Below, one piece after another: positions 25,522 to 38,200 of a stretch of 64,000 nt of DNA. Source of the DNA: Pocillopora damicornis (taxonomy: Eukaryota); the NCBI RefSeq assembly GCF_003704095.1, contig NW_020846063.1:434001-498000 (forward strand), read 5' to 3'. Positions within the stretch are counted from its first letter, which is position 1. Each line of letters opens with the position of its first letter. The position numbers were made by a program, and so were the translations under genes. Below the pieces are notes generated by a model, which had not been told where the DNA came from, searched no databases, and was given only the letters and a program-made list of their open reading frames with translations.

Positions 25522-28500
25522 CTACTCTTCGGTTGTGAAATCTTGTTGTCTTTTGTAACCTAGCCAGCTAGCAGGAGTAACTCCGCGCCACTTCCACCAG
25601 ATGAGCGCCGCCAGTCCGAGTGCAACAATAATGAGGGTTGTCAGGACAGCCACGGCAACGACCCACCCTTTGGGTCCTTCATCAACATGTTCCACTGATG
25701 GTGGTTCTGTGCTGGGTTCTGTAAAACGATCTATTCTTTGATTAACCCTTTGCTCCCAAAATCTAAATAGTAACTCTCCCCACTGTCTATTATTCATTGC
25801 TTAGCATATCAGATCTGAGAATTTAGCGTTGAATCATTGTTTTTTTTTTCACCTAAGCGATATGACTCTTGACAATGTTGAAACAAAAATTGGGCTTTCT
25901 TTACGACATACTGCCGAGTTCTTTAACAACAAAGAAACAGCATGTATAAATCTCATAACGTGAACGTTAAAGCACTTGGTTAGTACGCTTCCAGATCCTA
26001 AAACAAGTCGAAAAGCTGGTGCGCCTGCGTTTCATGTAATTAGGAAAATGACCTATTGGTCACTCCTAAGAGTGAAAGAGTTTAATAATGATAAATTATT
26101 GCCAATATGCTATGCGACATAGAATTTCACAGAAATCGTCGCAATTTTGACGAGTTTTTATTTGTTCAGGGAGTGGTAATGAAACCATGAAAAATGAAAA
26201 TATGATTTTATGTCCCGAGAAGCTTACAAAGCATTGGCTTTTTTGTTCCAGTATTTAGTCTTTCGTGTGCTCGACCAAAGAAAAGGCGAAATTTCGAATC
26301 AAGCCTCTTGTCGCTTGATTTCTCAAAGCGGATACAAAACCACAAATTACGCAAGCTTGATACTGAAGGGTACATTCTTCAACAAAGAAAGTATCGTTTA
26401 CTCTGTTACATAACTAATATCCAGGTTCCTCTTGATATAAACCTTACCACAACAAAGGGTTTGATTAAATTTGATTAGCAGAATATTTCAGAAGCCAAAA
26501 GAGCAAAACTCAGGAAAACCCTTGAACCCCTAAGAGTGTTTAGCATCTAATTTGTCCTCTACACTATCACCCCTCAATAACACACCGGGATGAAGGAAAA
26601 GATCACTAACTTAAGAAGGTCTTAATTATTAATTAAATGGGATATACGTAGAGGACAGTATGTAGAAAATGCATACTGATGTTAAGGTGTAAATGTTGAA
26701 TAAAGGCTCACCTTCTTTATAATACCTCAGCCACGAAAATGGTTCAGGCCAGTCTGTGCGATCACAAAATCCATGACTCGTGTTACCCGGTGCTAGGAAG
26801 GCACATATTTCTGCACCCATGAAATTGTCACTGAAACAATAGCACGGACGCAATTGCGATTAAGAATTACCTTGGAAAAAAAAAAAACCTACGGAACTAG
26901 ACATGATTTAACGCCGGTGTGTGTGTGTGTTTGGGGGGGGGGGAGGTTTTGTTTGGGGATATTTCAAACAGTTCGCCAGTTATCGTTTATATTCTTGGCT
27001 GATGTGAGACAATGTCATCCAACTGTGTCATCCAGGAACACACCACTTTTAGCATGCCGTCGCCTTAACTCGGATCTCCCCATAAAAAGCTCAGCGCTCC
27101 AAACTTTAGGGGAACGCCTCTCCTGTACTTCTACAACACTTATAAGATATACGCTTACCTGAAAAAATCTGGACATTTCCTTTGAATATCATCACAAACC
27201 GATCTGCACAAGGTTTTTAATTTGGGACTCCCTTCCTCTGGAAAACATGGAGGGAACAGTTCTCCACAGAATAACTTTTTGATGTCTGTTGAGCAATCCG
27301 AAAAGTTTGCCGCCTGTTTTCTCACAAAAATGGGAAAATCTTGATCTAAATCTTGCCCGTCGCCATATGTCTTGTTGTAGAAGATCTTGTAAAACCTCTT
27401 CTGAACTGACTCCGCAAATATGGTATGATTGTAAAAACCCAGGTTTTTGCAGGCGGGAAAGATCAAGTTTTGACAGCCGCGATCAAGAGGACCTACAGTC
27501 AAAGCAAAGAAAAACGAAAAAGTTAAACAAACAGCTTTTTGAGTGCATACCGACTGACTTTCGTTAGGCCAAAAACGAAACAATGACAAAGGACGATCAG
27601 CGATCCATCAGAACTAAGATAATTTGGTTTTATATCAACTGAGTTGATAACGTAAATTGGCCACCGTAAAAATTCATAAAGCTAACGTTTCGAGCGTTAG
27701 CATTTCGTCAGAGCGAATAAGCGGAGAGGTAACGCTCGAAACGTCAGCTTTGAAACTTTAAGTGAAGTAAAGCAAACACAATTGTTTAAAATTGTACTCC
27801 GAGTTTTATAACAGCAGTCTTCATCGGGATTCATCGCCTTGAACTTGCCAACATTTGCAAGGCTTTTTCCGTGACAATATCTTTTCCTCCCTCCCTCGGT
27901 CAGGTTATCAGCAGAACCAATCCACCTCCTGCATATTTTACGTCGGAGAGGAAGTTAAAAAAAACAAAACAGCTTGTTCTCGGGGTTACAATGAAATACG
28001 AAAACGCGTAGTAAAGCGAGGAAAAAAGAAGGAGGACTATTTACCCATTCTGTTGCTTTGCGCCGGCATTAATGCACCGTTGCTTTCAACACCTGGAACT
28101 GGGTTTATTTTGGTGGATAAAATAAACAAACAGACTCTACAAACTTACTCGATATGTTGTTATTTGGAGTGAAGCCAGGCGGCTCGAAGCATTTCTCACT
28201 ACTCGCTGTTTCATTTGGTAGAATCAAACACGAAGCTAGAAACAAGTCCATGTATAGCTCACGGTAGTCACTTGTGTCATTCTGACACTGCTTCAAAAGC
28301 TCTCCGCATACTCGCCTGCAAGGATAGACGCGCGTTCCCTTCGAGCTACACTTGGGCACGAAGAACGAACATTCCATCGCTGTGGCCAGACTAAGAGTTG
28401 AGCAATTTCTCCACTCCTCTATCACGAACGTCAAAAAACCAGCGGCTTCGGCTTGACGCTTCGCTGTGAATTCCTTGGGAAATGATAGCGTGCTGTTGTA

Positions 28501-28662
28501 TCCACCTTTTGTGCAGAAGTCAAAATGTCCATTCGCAAGGCTAACACATTTGCCTTCGATCGATTCATCACAGACGACGGTTAGAATACTCAAGCTGCAT
28601 ATTAACAGCACTATGATCTTATTAAGAAAGCAGCCTGGCAATGCTGGCGAATGAACAGGCAT
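25522..28662 (-). CDS. Cluster gene 4: two FZ-type CRDs, TM, tail; ~387 aa
   Basis: Exons 28662-28149, 27492-27159, 26830-26712, 25718-25522; 1164 nt in frame. TM WVVAVAVLTTLIIVALGLAALIWW; tail KWRGVTPASWLGYKRQQDFTTEE. Confidence 0.88.
27681..27714 (-). ncRNA. Hammerhead-ribozyme-like motif (second copy)
   Basis: Minus strand reads GCT-CTGACGA-AATGCTAACGCTC-GAAAC-GTT-AGC; adjacent to an oppositely oriented partial copy (27727-27750, AACGCTCGAAACGTCAGC). Confidence 0.45.
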
Positions 28663-30211
28663 AATACGTGATGCTACAGTTCTTTCTTCACGTCAAAATG
28701 TTTGTGCTTCGTAATTTAATATCGTATTCCTGCTGCGAGGTGTCACTTGATAACAACATTGGCTGATATTCACTGCTGTAGGTCACGATATCCCTAACCC
28801 TAAGCATTTACATACTATCTATAACGCCGCTGAGAATATACCTAGGGCGCAGTTTTCAACGCCATGTGCGTTGCTTGAGCGTTTCTTGAAGTGTTTTTTT
28901 TTGGCCGTTTTTGCCGAGTTTGTTTTAGCGAAGGATTTTAGGCTGTGTGAGAAGCAATAACTTCGAATCGTCACCGGATCGATCCTCATTTGTCATTCGT
29001 TGTGATTATACTGAACAAGATTACAAGGAATCTGGACGCAAAGAAGTTGTTGCGTCGTATTTATTTTCAGTTGCCAAGCGTAGCTGGCCCCTACAATATC
29101 CAACCTCACCAGTGAGCTATGGGAAATAATTTCTCCTAGAGCTGGCACCGCAAGATAAAATTAGTTTCGTTTGCACTTTGTTGAAGGTGATTTCGTGGAC
29201 TTTGAGCGAATAGGGGGGCTGGTAGTAGGCTACTGATCCTACAAACGGTGACTCTAAGCCCTGTTTAAGATAATAAATCTCCCTACATCGATACCTCTAT
29301 CCAAATGTACCTCCGTCATGTTTCAATTTAGCCCAAACAAATATCTTACGTCATCCTGAAATATAAGGCTAGTTTTCCCTCGCGTGCGAGCATAAGCATC
29401 TTACAACTCTACAAGGGCACGATGGATCAGATAAAGAAAATAATTTTGGTTTGAGGATTTTGAGTGTCGTGAAACTTTGTGAAATTTTCATTGAAAGCAA
29501 TCGCACGATATTTTTTAAACCTTCGTTGGCGCGTATGAACATTCTTGTTCATGAAATCCTGATTTTGGCGAGGAGTAGGGCATTAGTTCAAGTTTTGATT
29601 AAAACAAATTGGTTCTCGGTTTTTCCCAAAGCCTCAACGATTGCTTTGTAGACAAAAACATGCAAATATCAACAGTATCATAGGGGTTCAAAAGTAGATA
29701 TTTTGATTAAACACAATCGTAACTCTTGGTACTTTTCTAAAATACGAAACGGGTCTGGGAGGTTGAAAAGGAAAGAGGAGTTTTCTTCTGTGAGAAAATA
29801 AGATCCAGGCCAGTAGGACTGGGAAATGGGAGGAGGATAGGTTTGGAGAAAGTGTTGGATGGGAAATGGGACTTTAGCAAAATTTGGTCTAGAAAATTCT
29901 CTAGTTTTTAAAGCTGACTTACTTACGGAGAAATATGAACTGTTTCCTTCAAAAAATTTCAGTTTCAGCCGAACATTTCAAAGCACAACCACAGAGAAAG
30001 TCCACTGTAATTTTGGCAACTTTTAATTTTGATTACGTCTCGTTACACCCAGCAAACATCGGTCGCCTTCAGTGAACTTGATGTCCAGAATGGTTACATG
30101 TGCGTTTGCACCATAAAACAAAGATAACGTCGTGAAGTGTATATAATTTCCAAGTCATCCTCCCACACCACCCCGCCCTCCCATTCCCCCTTCAACCAAA
30201 TGTCATAACAG

Positions 30212-30848
30212 TTATGTTTCCAAGGGGAAGGTATCATCAGCGTCTTTTTCATAATGTTTGATGTAAGCTACTAAACTGCGATGAGTTCTTTTCTTCATCC
30301 ATATTGCCACAGCTACTACGAGCCCCACAACTAGTACAGGAATGAAGACGGCTATGAAAATCTTCCACGCTTGGGTTCCTTGATGGCTCTCAGTAATTAG
30401 ACTCGGAGATTTTGTTGTAGCTAGAAATGATCGATTATGAAAACTGAGATCAGTTTATAGGAAAGGAAAAGAGACGCACCCACGCATAAACAGACAAGTA
30501 GAAAGAGTGATTGACACACTGAGTGACTGGCTGGTTGGTTTAAAGACTAAAAGGGTGAGTGAGAGACTGATAAACGGATTGATTGATTTTGTATGTTTGA
30601 CTGACCAATTGACCGAATGATTGCCTTGTGAGATGATTTGCTGTTGTTGGCTGTTCAGTCACTCTGTTATTTTTCTTGTCAGTCTCTTGGTCAGTCAGTG
30701 GGTTGTTTCGGCTTGGTTCAATAATCCTACCTTCATGGTGGAACCATTCGAATGAAGCTGGCCATTCTGTGGTATGACAGTATCCATGTATAGAATGTGC
30801 TCTTGCCTTTGAGCTGCAGTACTCTGAGGCGATCAAGTCCTGGCTGCG

Positions 30849-30879
<31 letters not shown>

Positions 30880-33034
30880 TAATCAATTGCACTGATCCAA
30901 ATTTGATTATTCTTGACTCGTTATTTTCTCTTGTACGGTAAATAATTTTAAAGACCGCTAATTTCGTGCTTGCGACATGATGTGTGGAACAATATATTCC
31001 CAGAGTTACTTATTCTCGAGCTAAAGCATTCAACAAGCAAATCTTAAAATGATAGATGATACAAGAATGAATTAGATTTAGCATGTGACTAGATTTAAGA
31101 ACTGGCTCTTCTCATTTTCTTTTTACAGTTCGAATCAGGATTTTTTATGCGTTGCTCTTTGCTCACATCTGATCTTAACCGGTTCAAGAATCGAATCCTG
31201 GCTGACACCGTCTGTGGGAAGGGGGGGGGNNNNNNNNNNGGGGGAAGGGAGGGGGGAAGGGAGGGAGAAGGAAGGGGGAAGGATCGCTGAATCTCACCAC
31301 TGCACCATACATGTTCCCCACCCCAACTCTATCTTTGCCCTCTCCCGCAGGTTCACCTTGGAAAAAATAAATAACATTACAGACTTGCCTGAAGAATCCT
31401 GGGCAGTCTGTTGCAATTTGATCACAAAGAGGTTGACAAAGACTATACACCCGTGGGCTTTCATCCGGAAAACACGGCGGGAAATGTTCGCCACAGAACA
31501 ACTTCTTGATATTTTCCTGGCATTTGGGGTATTGGTCCAATAATTTTCGAACGGCCCCAGGAAATTCTGTTTCTGTGTCGTTTGCGTTATATTCCTTTTT
31601 AAAAAACCATGAATATAACTTCTTCTGCATAGAGACGGAGATCAAAGTGTGATCGAAGGCACCTATGTTTTTACATGCGGGGAAGATTAACTCTTGGCAA
31701 CCTCGATCCAGCGGGCCTGAGAAAAGAAAGACGGTGGAATTGAGATCTTCTCTGCAACAGGCGTCTGGTTAAGTTTTGTGAAGAGAAGCATTTATACGTC
31801 CAACCACCAAAAAATGATTAGAGCGAAGGGAGTTGAGTCGGACACCACTTCTTCATGCACTAGGAAACTGACACCTCAAACAGTAACAACTCATGTACAT
31901 AATTTTAATTTGTAACGATTGAATAATCTGAGACAGCGAGGGAGCCAGTTAAGCTTTGACGGCGATAGGCAAATGCCGAAGGCTCATAAACTGATTCATT
32001 GTAGATAAGATAGTTAGACAGAGTCGTACACTCGGCTTACAATCTTCCAGAAATGGAAGTATTATATTAAGGGTGGTTACTGTAAGTACGGTCCTCAGGT
32101 TACCTTCGTGCGCAGTTAAATACTTGACTCCATATATTAAACTGTGTGGCTGGAATCAACAAAGCTGGATATGATATTTTATCTCAACCCGTGTTTTGCA
32201 CGCATGTTGATAAACTTCCCACGAATGACCTGCTGAAGAACTTATCGCCCAGCTAAAAAACAATTTACCTTTTGAAATCATTAGTTTTTGGTATTTTTCA
32301 TTCTGTTCGCAGACAGCACAGCTATCCGAATGCTTGCGCTGATGTTGTCAGTATATCAGACCTTCTTAATACGTGTTGAATTGTCGCGAATTATCATTGT
32401 TAATAATATTTTCTCCCGTGTGTCACTTAAAGGCCAGTGTTTAGAAACTGGCCCGAGAATTTATAACGCCTCCATATTTGGCAAATAATGCGACAGTTTC
32501 ACGCAACAAGCTCAAGCCCAATAAGAATAGGAAAAAAGTCGTACAGGTAGATCACTTACCAGGTGCACTTTCGTTAGCTGTGAAGTTAGAAGGTTGAAAA
32601 CAGGGAGCATGACCAACGGAACCATTTGACAGGAGGAGGCACCAAGGGATTAGATAATCCAATGCGTGTTTAGATAACTCATACTCACATCGCCTCAGGT
32701 ATTCAGCGCAAGCCTGTCTACACGGGTACACAGGCTCACCCAACATGTTGCACTTAGGAACGAATAAAGAGCACTCGATAAGTTCAGCGAGACCGTCGTG
32801 CGAACAGTTCTTCAAAGACTTTAGTATCTCTGTAAATTCCCTCGCTACTTCTTGTTGCTCCGCCTCCGTAAAATCATTTTCGAATGGAAAAGTTTTGTCA
32901 TAACCGGCCCTAATACACATTTCAAAACGGGTCTCTTTAAGACTGACACAGTGATTGCTCATTGGATGGGCAGAAGACGCGATAACCATTGCACAAAGCA
33001 GAGCGAAAGCGAAAGCTGAGGTGCAGCGAAACAT
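30212..33034 (-). CDS. Cluster gene 5: two FZ-type CRDs, TM, tail; ~374 aa; one GC-AG intron
   Basis: Exons 33034-32560, 31716-31389, 30843-30731, 30420-30212; 1125 nt in frame. Last exon (not in the ORF track): ATTKSPSLITESHQGTQAWKIFIAVFIPVLVVGLVVAVAIWMKKRTHRSLVAYIKHYEKDADDTFPLET*. Confidence 0.85.
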
Positions 33035-33988
33035 AATTCAAACCGTCTTAAACAAAAATCCCAAGAATATTTCAAAACATGAACACGGAGAGGGTTCACT
33101 TCTCATTTTGGCAGCTCTTGAAAATATTACACTGATGAGGAGCTAATATTTTAGAGTAATTATGAGGCCATCATTGGTTTCTCGTATTAGCACATGCTCA
33201 TAATTCTGATGAATTTTTAATTTTTTTTGTCAAGTTGGATGAATTGGTAGGATCATCCTTTAGACATGAAATTATAAACGATGCAATTTCTCACATAAGA
33301 GGGGGGTCCATTAAGGTTTTTCCTTTTAAATAAAAATTACCTTAATTATATTGTTTAAACGAGTATTTGCTTTCATCGCCACAATTGACCACATCAAATA
33401 TAACTTGAGATTGGTCTTCACCAGACAAGTGAGCGAGACAGACAATGTTTTTTTTTCAATGCAGAAGTCATTACACTACTGTTTAGTTTATTCGTCTGCT
33501 TCCAAGGAGTTGGATAACAACTGGATAACTGATTTATTGAATACTTTTCCAACAGACAGGCCCTCTTTTTTTCAGCGTTTCGGCGCGAGCGTTTCTTCGC
33601 CTGCAAGAATTTTAGTGAGAGGCCTTGAGCATTGCAAGCCGGCGAGAGAGAGAGAGGGAGGTCTGAAAGGGGTCTAGCACTCCTAAAAATTAATAAGTGC
33701 CGGACCTCCGGAAAACCTCTCCCCGACTCGTCTCAAATCTTCCCGCGGGCGGAAAAGCTTGTGTCTGGGACCCGCAGCGCTGGTGACGAGGCCTACTTAC
33801 ACGCTATGAATATCTCGTCATCCCTGTCTTGCTTTTCCAGCAGAGTTCTTGAGAAAAATTAACAAGAAGCATCCTAGTACCATCAGAGCACGTGAGTGAC
33901 GCTCCCTTTTCGGCGTTGAATCGTTTAGTCTTACAAAAAAGTTTAATTTTTAAAATTGGCAAGTTTTTTAAGTTGACAGATTGATATA

Positions 33989-34075
33989 CCGTAAAGACTT
34001 GCAGATAAGCAGCACCTTTTTTCCAAAAATTTGCGATCAAAATCGTAGGTGCGGCTTATCTGCGAGTCTTTACGG
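33989..34075. mobile_element. Tc1/mariner-type mini-MITE
   Basis: TIR CCGTAAAGACTTGCAGATAAGCAGCACCT / AGGTGCGGCTTATCTGCGAGTCTTTACGG with TA on both flanks. Confidence 0.7.
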
Positions 34076-34247
34076 TAATTTCTCTGCAAAAACACTAATC
34101 GGCTAAAGGAGATTTCAAAATCGTCAAAATTTGCTTACTTGCTTCTTATTATTTCTTATATTTGGACAAGGGTGCATTATGATATTCGTGAAAAGTCTTC
34201 TTATTACTTCTAAGTTCTCTAAGCATTACTCGAGGTGATGTCGGCAT

Positions 34248-37200
34248 TCAGAGGTCAACTGAATTCTCCAGAGTAATCGTATCATTTTCTTGTTTCTTGT
34301 ACCCAGAGGTCAGAGGACCGCGTCGCCACTTCATATACAAGGCCACGAATATGATCATTCCTACAACGACAAATGCCGCTAACACAGCCACCACAATCAC
34401 CCATGTTTTAGAACCTTTTGACTTGGTGCTTTCAGTTGGAGCTTCTTTCGTGGACTGCCATGCCCCCTCTGAAAAATGATGATAAAGGAGAAGTCTTGTT
34501 AAAGTTTTACATTTTCTTTATATCATCATGCTAAAATGAGCCGCAGAAGTGTATGGAGTAACTTTGGGCGATCTCGCCGTCACGCCACTAATTTTTACCA
34601 CGTGGTACAGAATCCTTTAACCTCATTGGTTGATTGCCTGACTGGCTGGCTGATGGACTGTTTGGCTGGCTGGCTGGCGGACTGACTACTGACTGACTGT
34701 CAGACAGACTGATTTACTGACTGACTGACTGATTGACTGGCTGACTGGCTGGCTGACTGACTAGCTGGCTGACTGGCTGACTAACTGACTGACTGGCTGA
34801 CTAACTGACTGACCGGCTGACAGACCAACAGACTGACTGACTGACTGACTGACTGACTGACTGACTGACTGACAGACCAAAAGACTTACTGTCTGACCCA
34901 GCCAAGAAACCGATTGAGCAAGCGTATACAAATCTAAGCCACAACCCCAATGAGGAACCATAGCCAACGAGTGTCGTGATCTGCTGGTGTTCGACTTCAG
35001 AAAACATTCAAATGAAATTGGAAAATAGGACAGAGATATTTGTTCGCTTTCTTATGACTATGAATCGAATTGACTAGGACCAACCGAAAAATATTTCTAG
35101 CCGACCAAGTAACCTTATAAAAAAAACGTTTGTTTCACAGACTGATCTTGACACACAGATAGATCACTAAAAATCCTGACTGGTGCAAGACAGTTAGACC
35201 TCCAAACGAACTACTATTAAATGATCGAATAAAATATTGCCCTTTAGTTGCTGCCTTTAGAGCCTAAAATGTTTGGAACTGACCTGAAACATAGCGTATC
35301 CAACTAAATGGCGCCGGCCACTCCGTACGCTTACAGTATCCATGACTTGTATTTCCTGTTCCCAATATGGCACAAAACTCGGCTTCTGGCAAATCATCTC
35401 TACCAAAGAATGTCCAAATAAATCAAAAGGACTAAACTGATTCAAGTCTTACTAATATATAATTCTACACAGTTCAATAAGCCAAATTTAATACTAGCTC
35501 TGAACACTTTGTTTGATTTTTTTTAGGTACCAGTCATTGAAAAACGCCTGGGAGGAAGGGGGGTGTGTGGAGAATTTTGGGGGTTCACGTGGTTTTCAGG
35601 GCAAGCGGAGGGGGACCAGTCTTTGCTAACAGAGTAGAAAGGGAGGAATTACAGATAACTGACTACCAATTAACTGCCAATGACGAGGGGGGAGGGTCAT
35701 AACAATAATACAGAGCCTTATGGGGGCATCAGTTAAGATTCATCGTTCACTGCAAAATCCTCCACCCCCCGGCGATAAATTATGACTGTTTCCTTAACTA
35801 GACATATATCGGGTAAGGGTCACAAGCTCATGACATTGATGTAATCTTCACAGAGATATAATAACATGACATTCCCCAACTGCTACTCCGAAGAGACCAT
35901 AAATAGCCCCACTCGTAACTGATAAATTCTTCTTAAATCGCCAACCACCTGCAAAAAAAAGCAACGAAGACATAGATACCTGAAAAAGTCCGGACAGTCT
36001 CTAAGAATTTCGCTGCAAACCGATTTACAAATGGAGTAAAATCCTTTCCCCTCCTCTTTGAAACAAGGTGGAAAACGCTCTCCACAATAAAGCTTTTTGA
36101 TATTTTCCTGACACTTAGGATACTTTTTCAAAACTTCTTGCACGTTTGGTGGAAATCCTGGGTCCACGTTTCCTGCAAGGTAAGGCTTTTTGTATTGTAA
36201 CCCATACAATGTTTTCTGAAACGCCACTGATATGAGAGTGTGGTTGGACACACCAAGATTCTTACATGCTGGAAGAATCAGTTCTTGACAGCCCCGGTCT
36301 AAGGGACCTGTTAAAAAAAATAGTAATAAAAATGTAAAGGTATTTCTTTAAGAATGATTGGTGCTTTTTTTATTTTTGAAGCGCAGGGGAGCCTGGGAGG
36401 AGAGGTGGTCTCTACCAAGGATATAACTGAGAGAATTGGAAAGGGAGGGTTCGAGAAATTACGAGGTTTAAAGGGAGAGGGGGTCCGTTCCAATTCCTCC
36501 CTGCTCACTTTATCTAAAGTATCAGTTATGGGAACGACTACGAAATAGAAACCCTAACTAGCTCTAAGCCATCCACTGTATACATGAGCATTTGACTGTC
36601 GTCGTGCCCCGGGGGTGGGGAGTTTGAACCTTGCCTGGGTAAGGTTGGGAATTTATACCAGTTGAATTTACAGGGAATTAAAAGGTAAGAATCCGCTTTC
36701 GTAAGCAAATTAATCAGATATAAATATTCGCAACACCAAAACCAAACAATGGCACAAAAAATTTTGGTAAATTCTACTACTTTCGTTGATCACACAAAGA
36801 ATCGTTCCATTAAAAAAATTGTACTTGGGTGGAGCTCTCGAACACAATTTTCGCCTGGGGGGAGGGGGGAGGATTTGGAAATTTAAACGAACCTTAATTC
36901 AAAAGTTAAATGCCTGTAAGTTTGCCCAGAGGGGGTTGGGTGGGGGTGATTGTTGAAGCTTTCAATTGATCGATGCAAAAGGTTGGAGTGGTTGTAATCA
37001 TGAAGGATCTCGCTCAAAAAAATATAACTTTCTCTGCGCATGTATCTGCTCTTACGACACATCGGAAAAAATCAGTACCTACGAAGTGTCATGTTTGGCC
37101 ATAGCACAGATCTACGAATTATTTTCAGTAAATTAGATCAGGTAAGAAGCGAGAGCCCTGTTAAGTAACGACATCTATCTGCATACAACCGGAACTGGAA

Positions 37201-38200
37201 TTTGGACTTGCTTTGAAATTCCGCATGCAAATAATCCAATCAGATCACAAACAAAGCATATCTTTCAAACAGAAAACATCTACGTAAAAGTCATGAACAC
37301 TAAACACATCACAAAAGAGCATTCAATTTGTGCGATCATGCATGGAATATCCCGTGAGATCGGATGTTTTCCTACCAAGTCAGTCGAGTGTTTTGTGCCA
37401 CTGTTTTCTAACATTTTGGGGGAAGATTTTAGCAGAGTTTACCTACTTTACGCCTGCAACGCTCCAAATTTGCCATCTTTTAAAACCTTTGTATGTTTAT
37501 TGAATTTGAAAAGATAAAATTTTTGAAAATGCATGTGAAAAGTTGAGTTGTTTTTTCAGAACTTAGAAATTAAGCGACATATTGAAGTGCACACAGAATA
37601 TCCACCGAGCTAATTAGCGCGAGCACTCAATTCTCACTTTAAACGAACCTAATGAAGACGCTAGTAGTATTTAGATTAACTCTCTGAATTACTCTAACCT
37701 TTGACACTGTCGTTTGTTTTGAAGTTCGGTGGCTCAAAACACTCCCGATCATCATTTTTATCTGGAAGCATATGACAAATCGCGATGAGGTAATCTGCAA
37801 AATTTGCAGGAATCATATGCAAGCATTTCTTCAAAAACTCTCCGCAGACCCGCTTGCAAGGGTAAATTCGTTTTCCGCCTGAACAGTGTGGGATGAAGAA
37901 GGAGCACATTAATGATTCTCCTACAATGGCATCCATAGAACAGTTGTCGAAAGTCGCAACCACTTGTTGGACATACATGGCGACACCTTTAAGTATTGAA
38001 TCCGTCAATTCTTCTGGGTATTTGAACGTAGTGTTGTAACCACTCCTCGAGCAGAAACTGAGGGGGCCATCGGTAAAACTGTAACACTTGGAATCACTTG
38101 TTGATCGCGAATACCTCATTTGTGCGAGCCACTGATCCGGTGAACTTAAAGCAGCATCCAAACTGCAAAGGAGCATAACGCTCAAAGCAAGCAGGGGCAT
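34248..38200 (-). CDS. Cluster gene 6: two FZ-type CRDs, TM, tail; ~388 aa
   Basis: Exons 38200-37699, 36307-35980, 35399-35284 (DDLPEAEFCAILGTGNTSHGYCKRTEWPAPFSWIRYVS), 34468-34248 (TM WVIVVAVLAAFVVVGMIIFVALYM; tail KWRRGPLTSGYKKQENDTITLENSVDL*); 1167 nt in frame. Confidence 0.88.
34625..34880. repeat. (GACT/GGCT)n microsatellite
   Basis: Long GACT array in the last intron of gene 6; a degenerate GACT-like tract also lies in the last intron of gene 5 (~30520-30720). Confidence 0.9.

Noticed and set aside
34890-35000. Possible alternative or degenerate TM exon in the last intron of gene 6 (SRTPADHDTRWLWFLIGVVA*)
   Set aside because: The hydrophobic stretch is too short, there is an in-frame stop, and no convincing phase-compatible acceptor was found.
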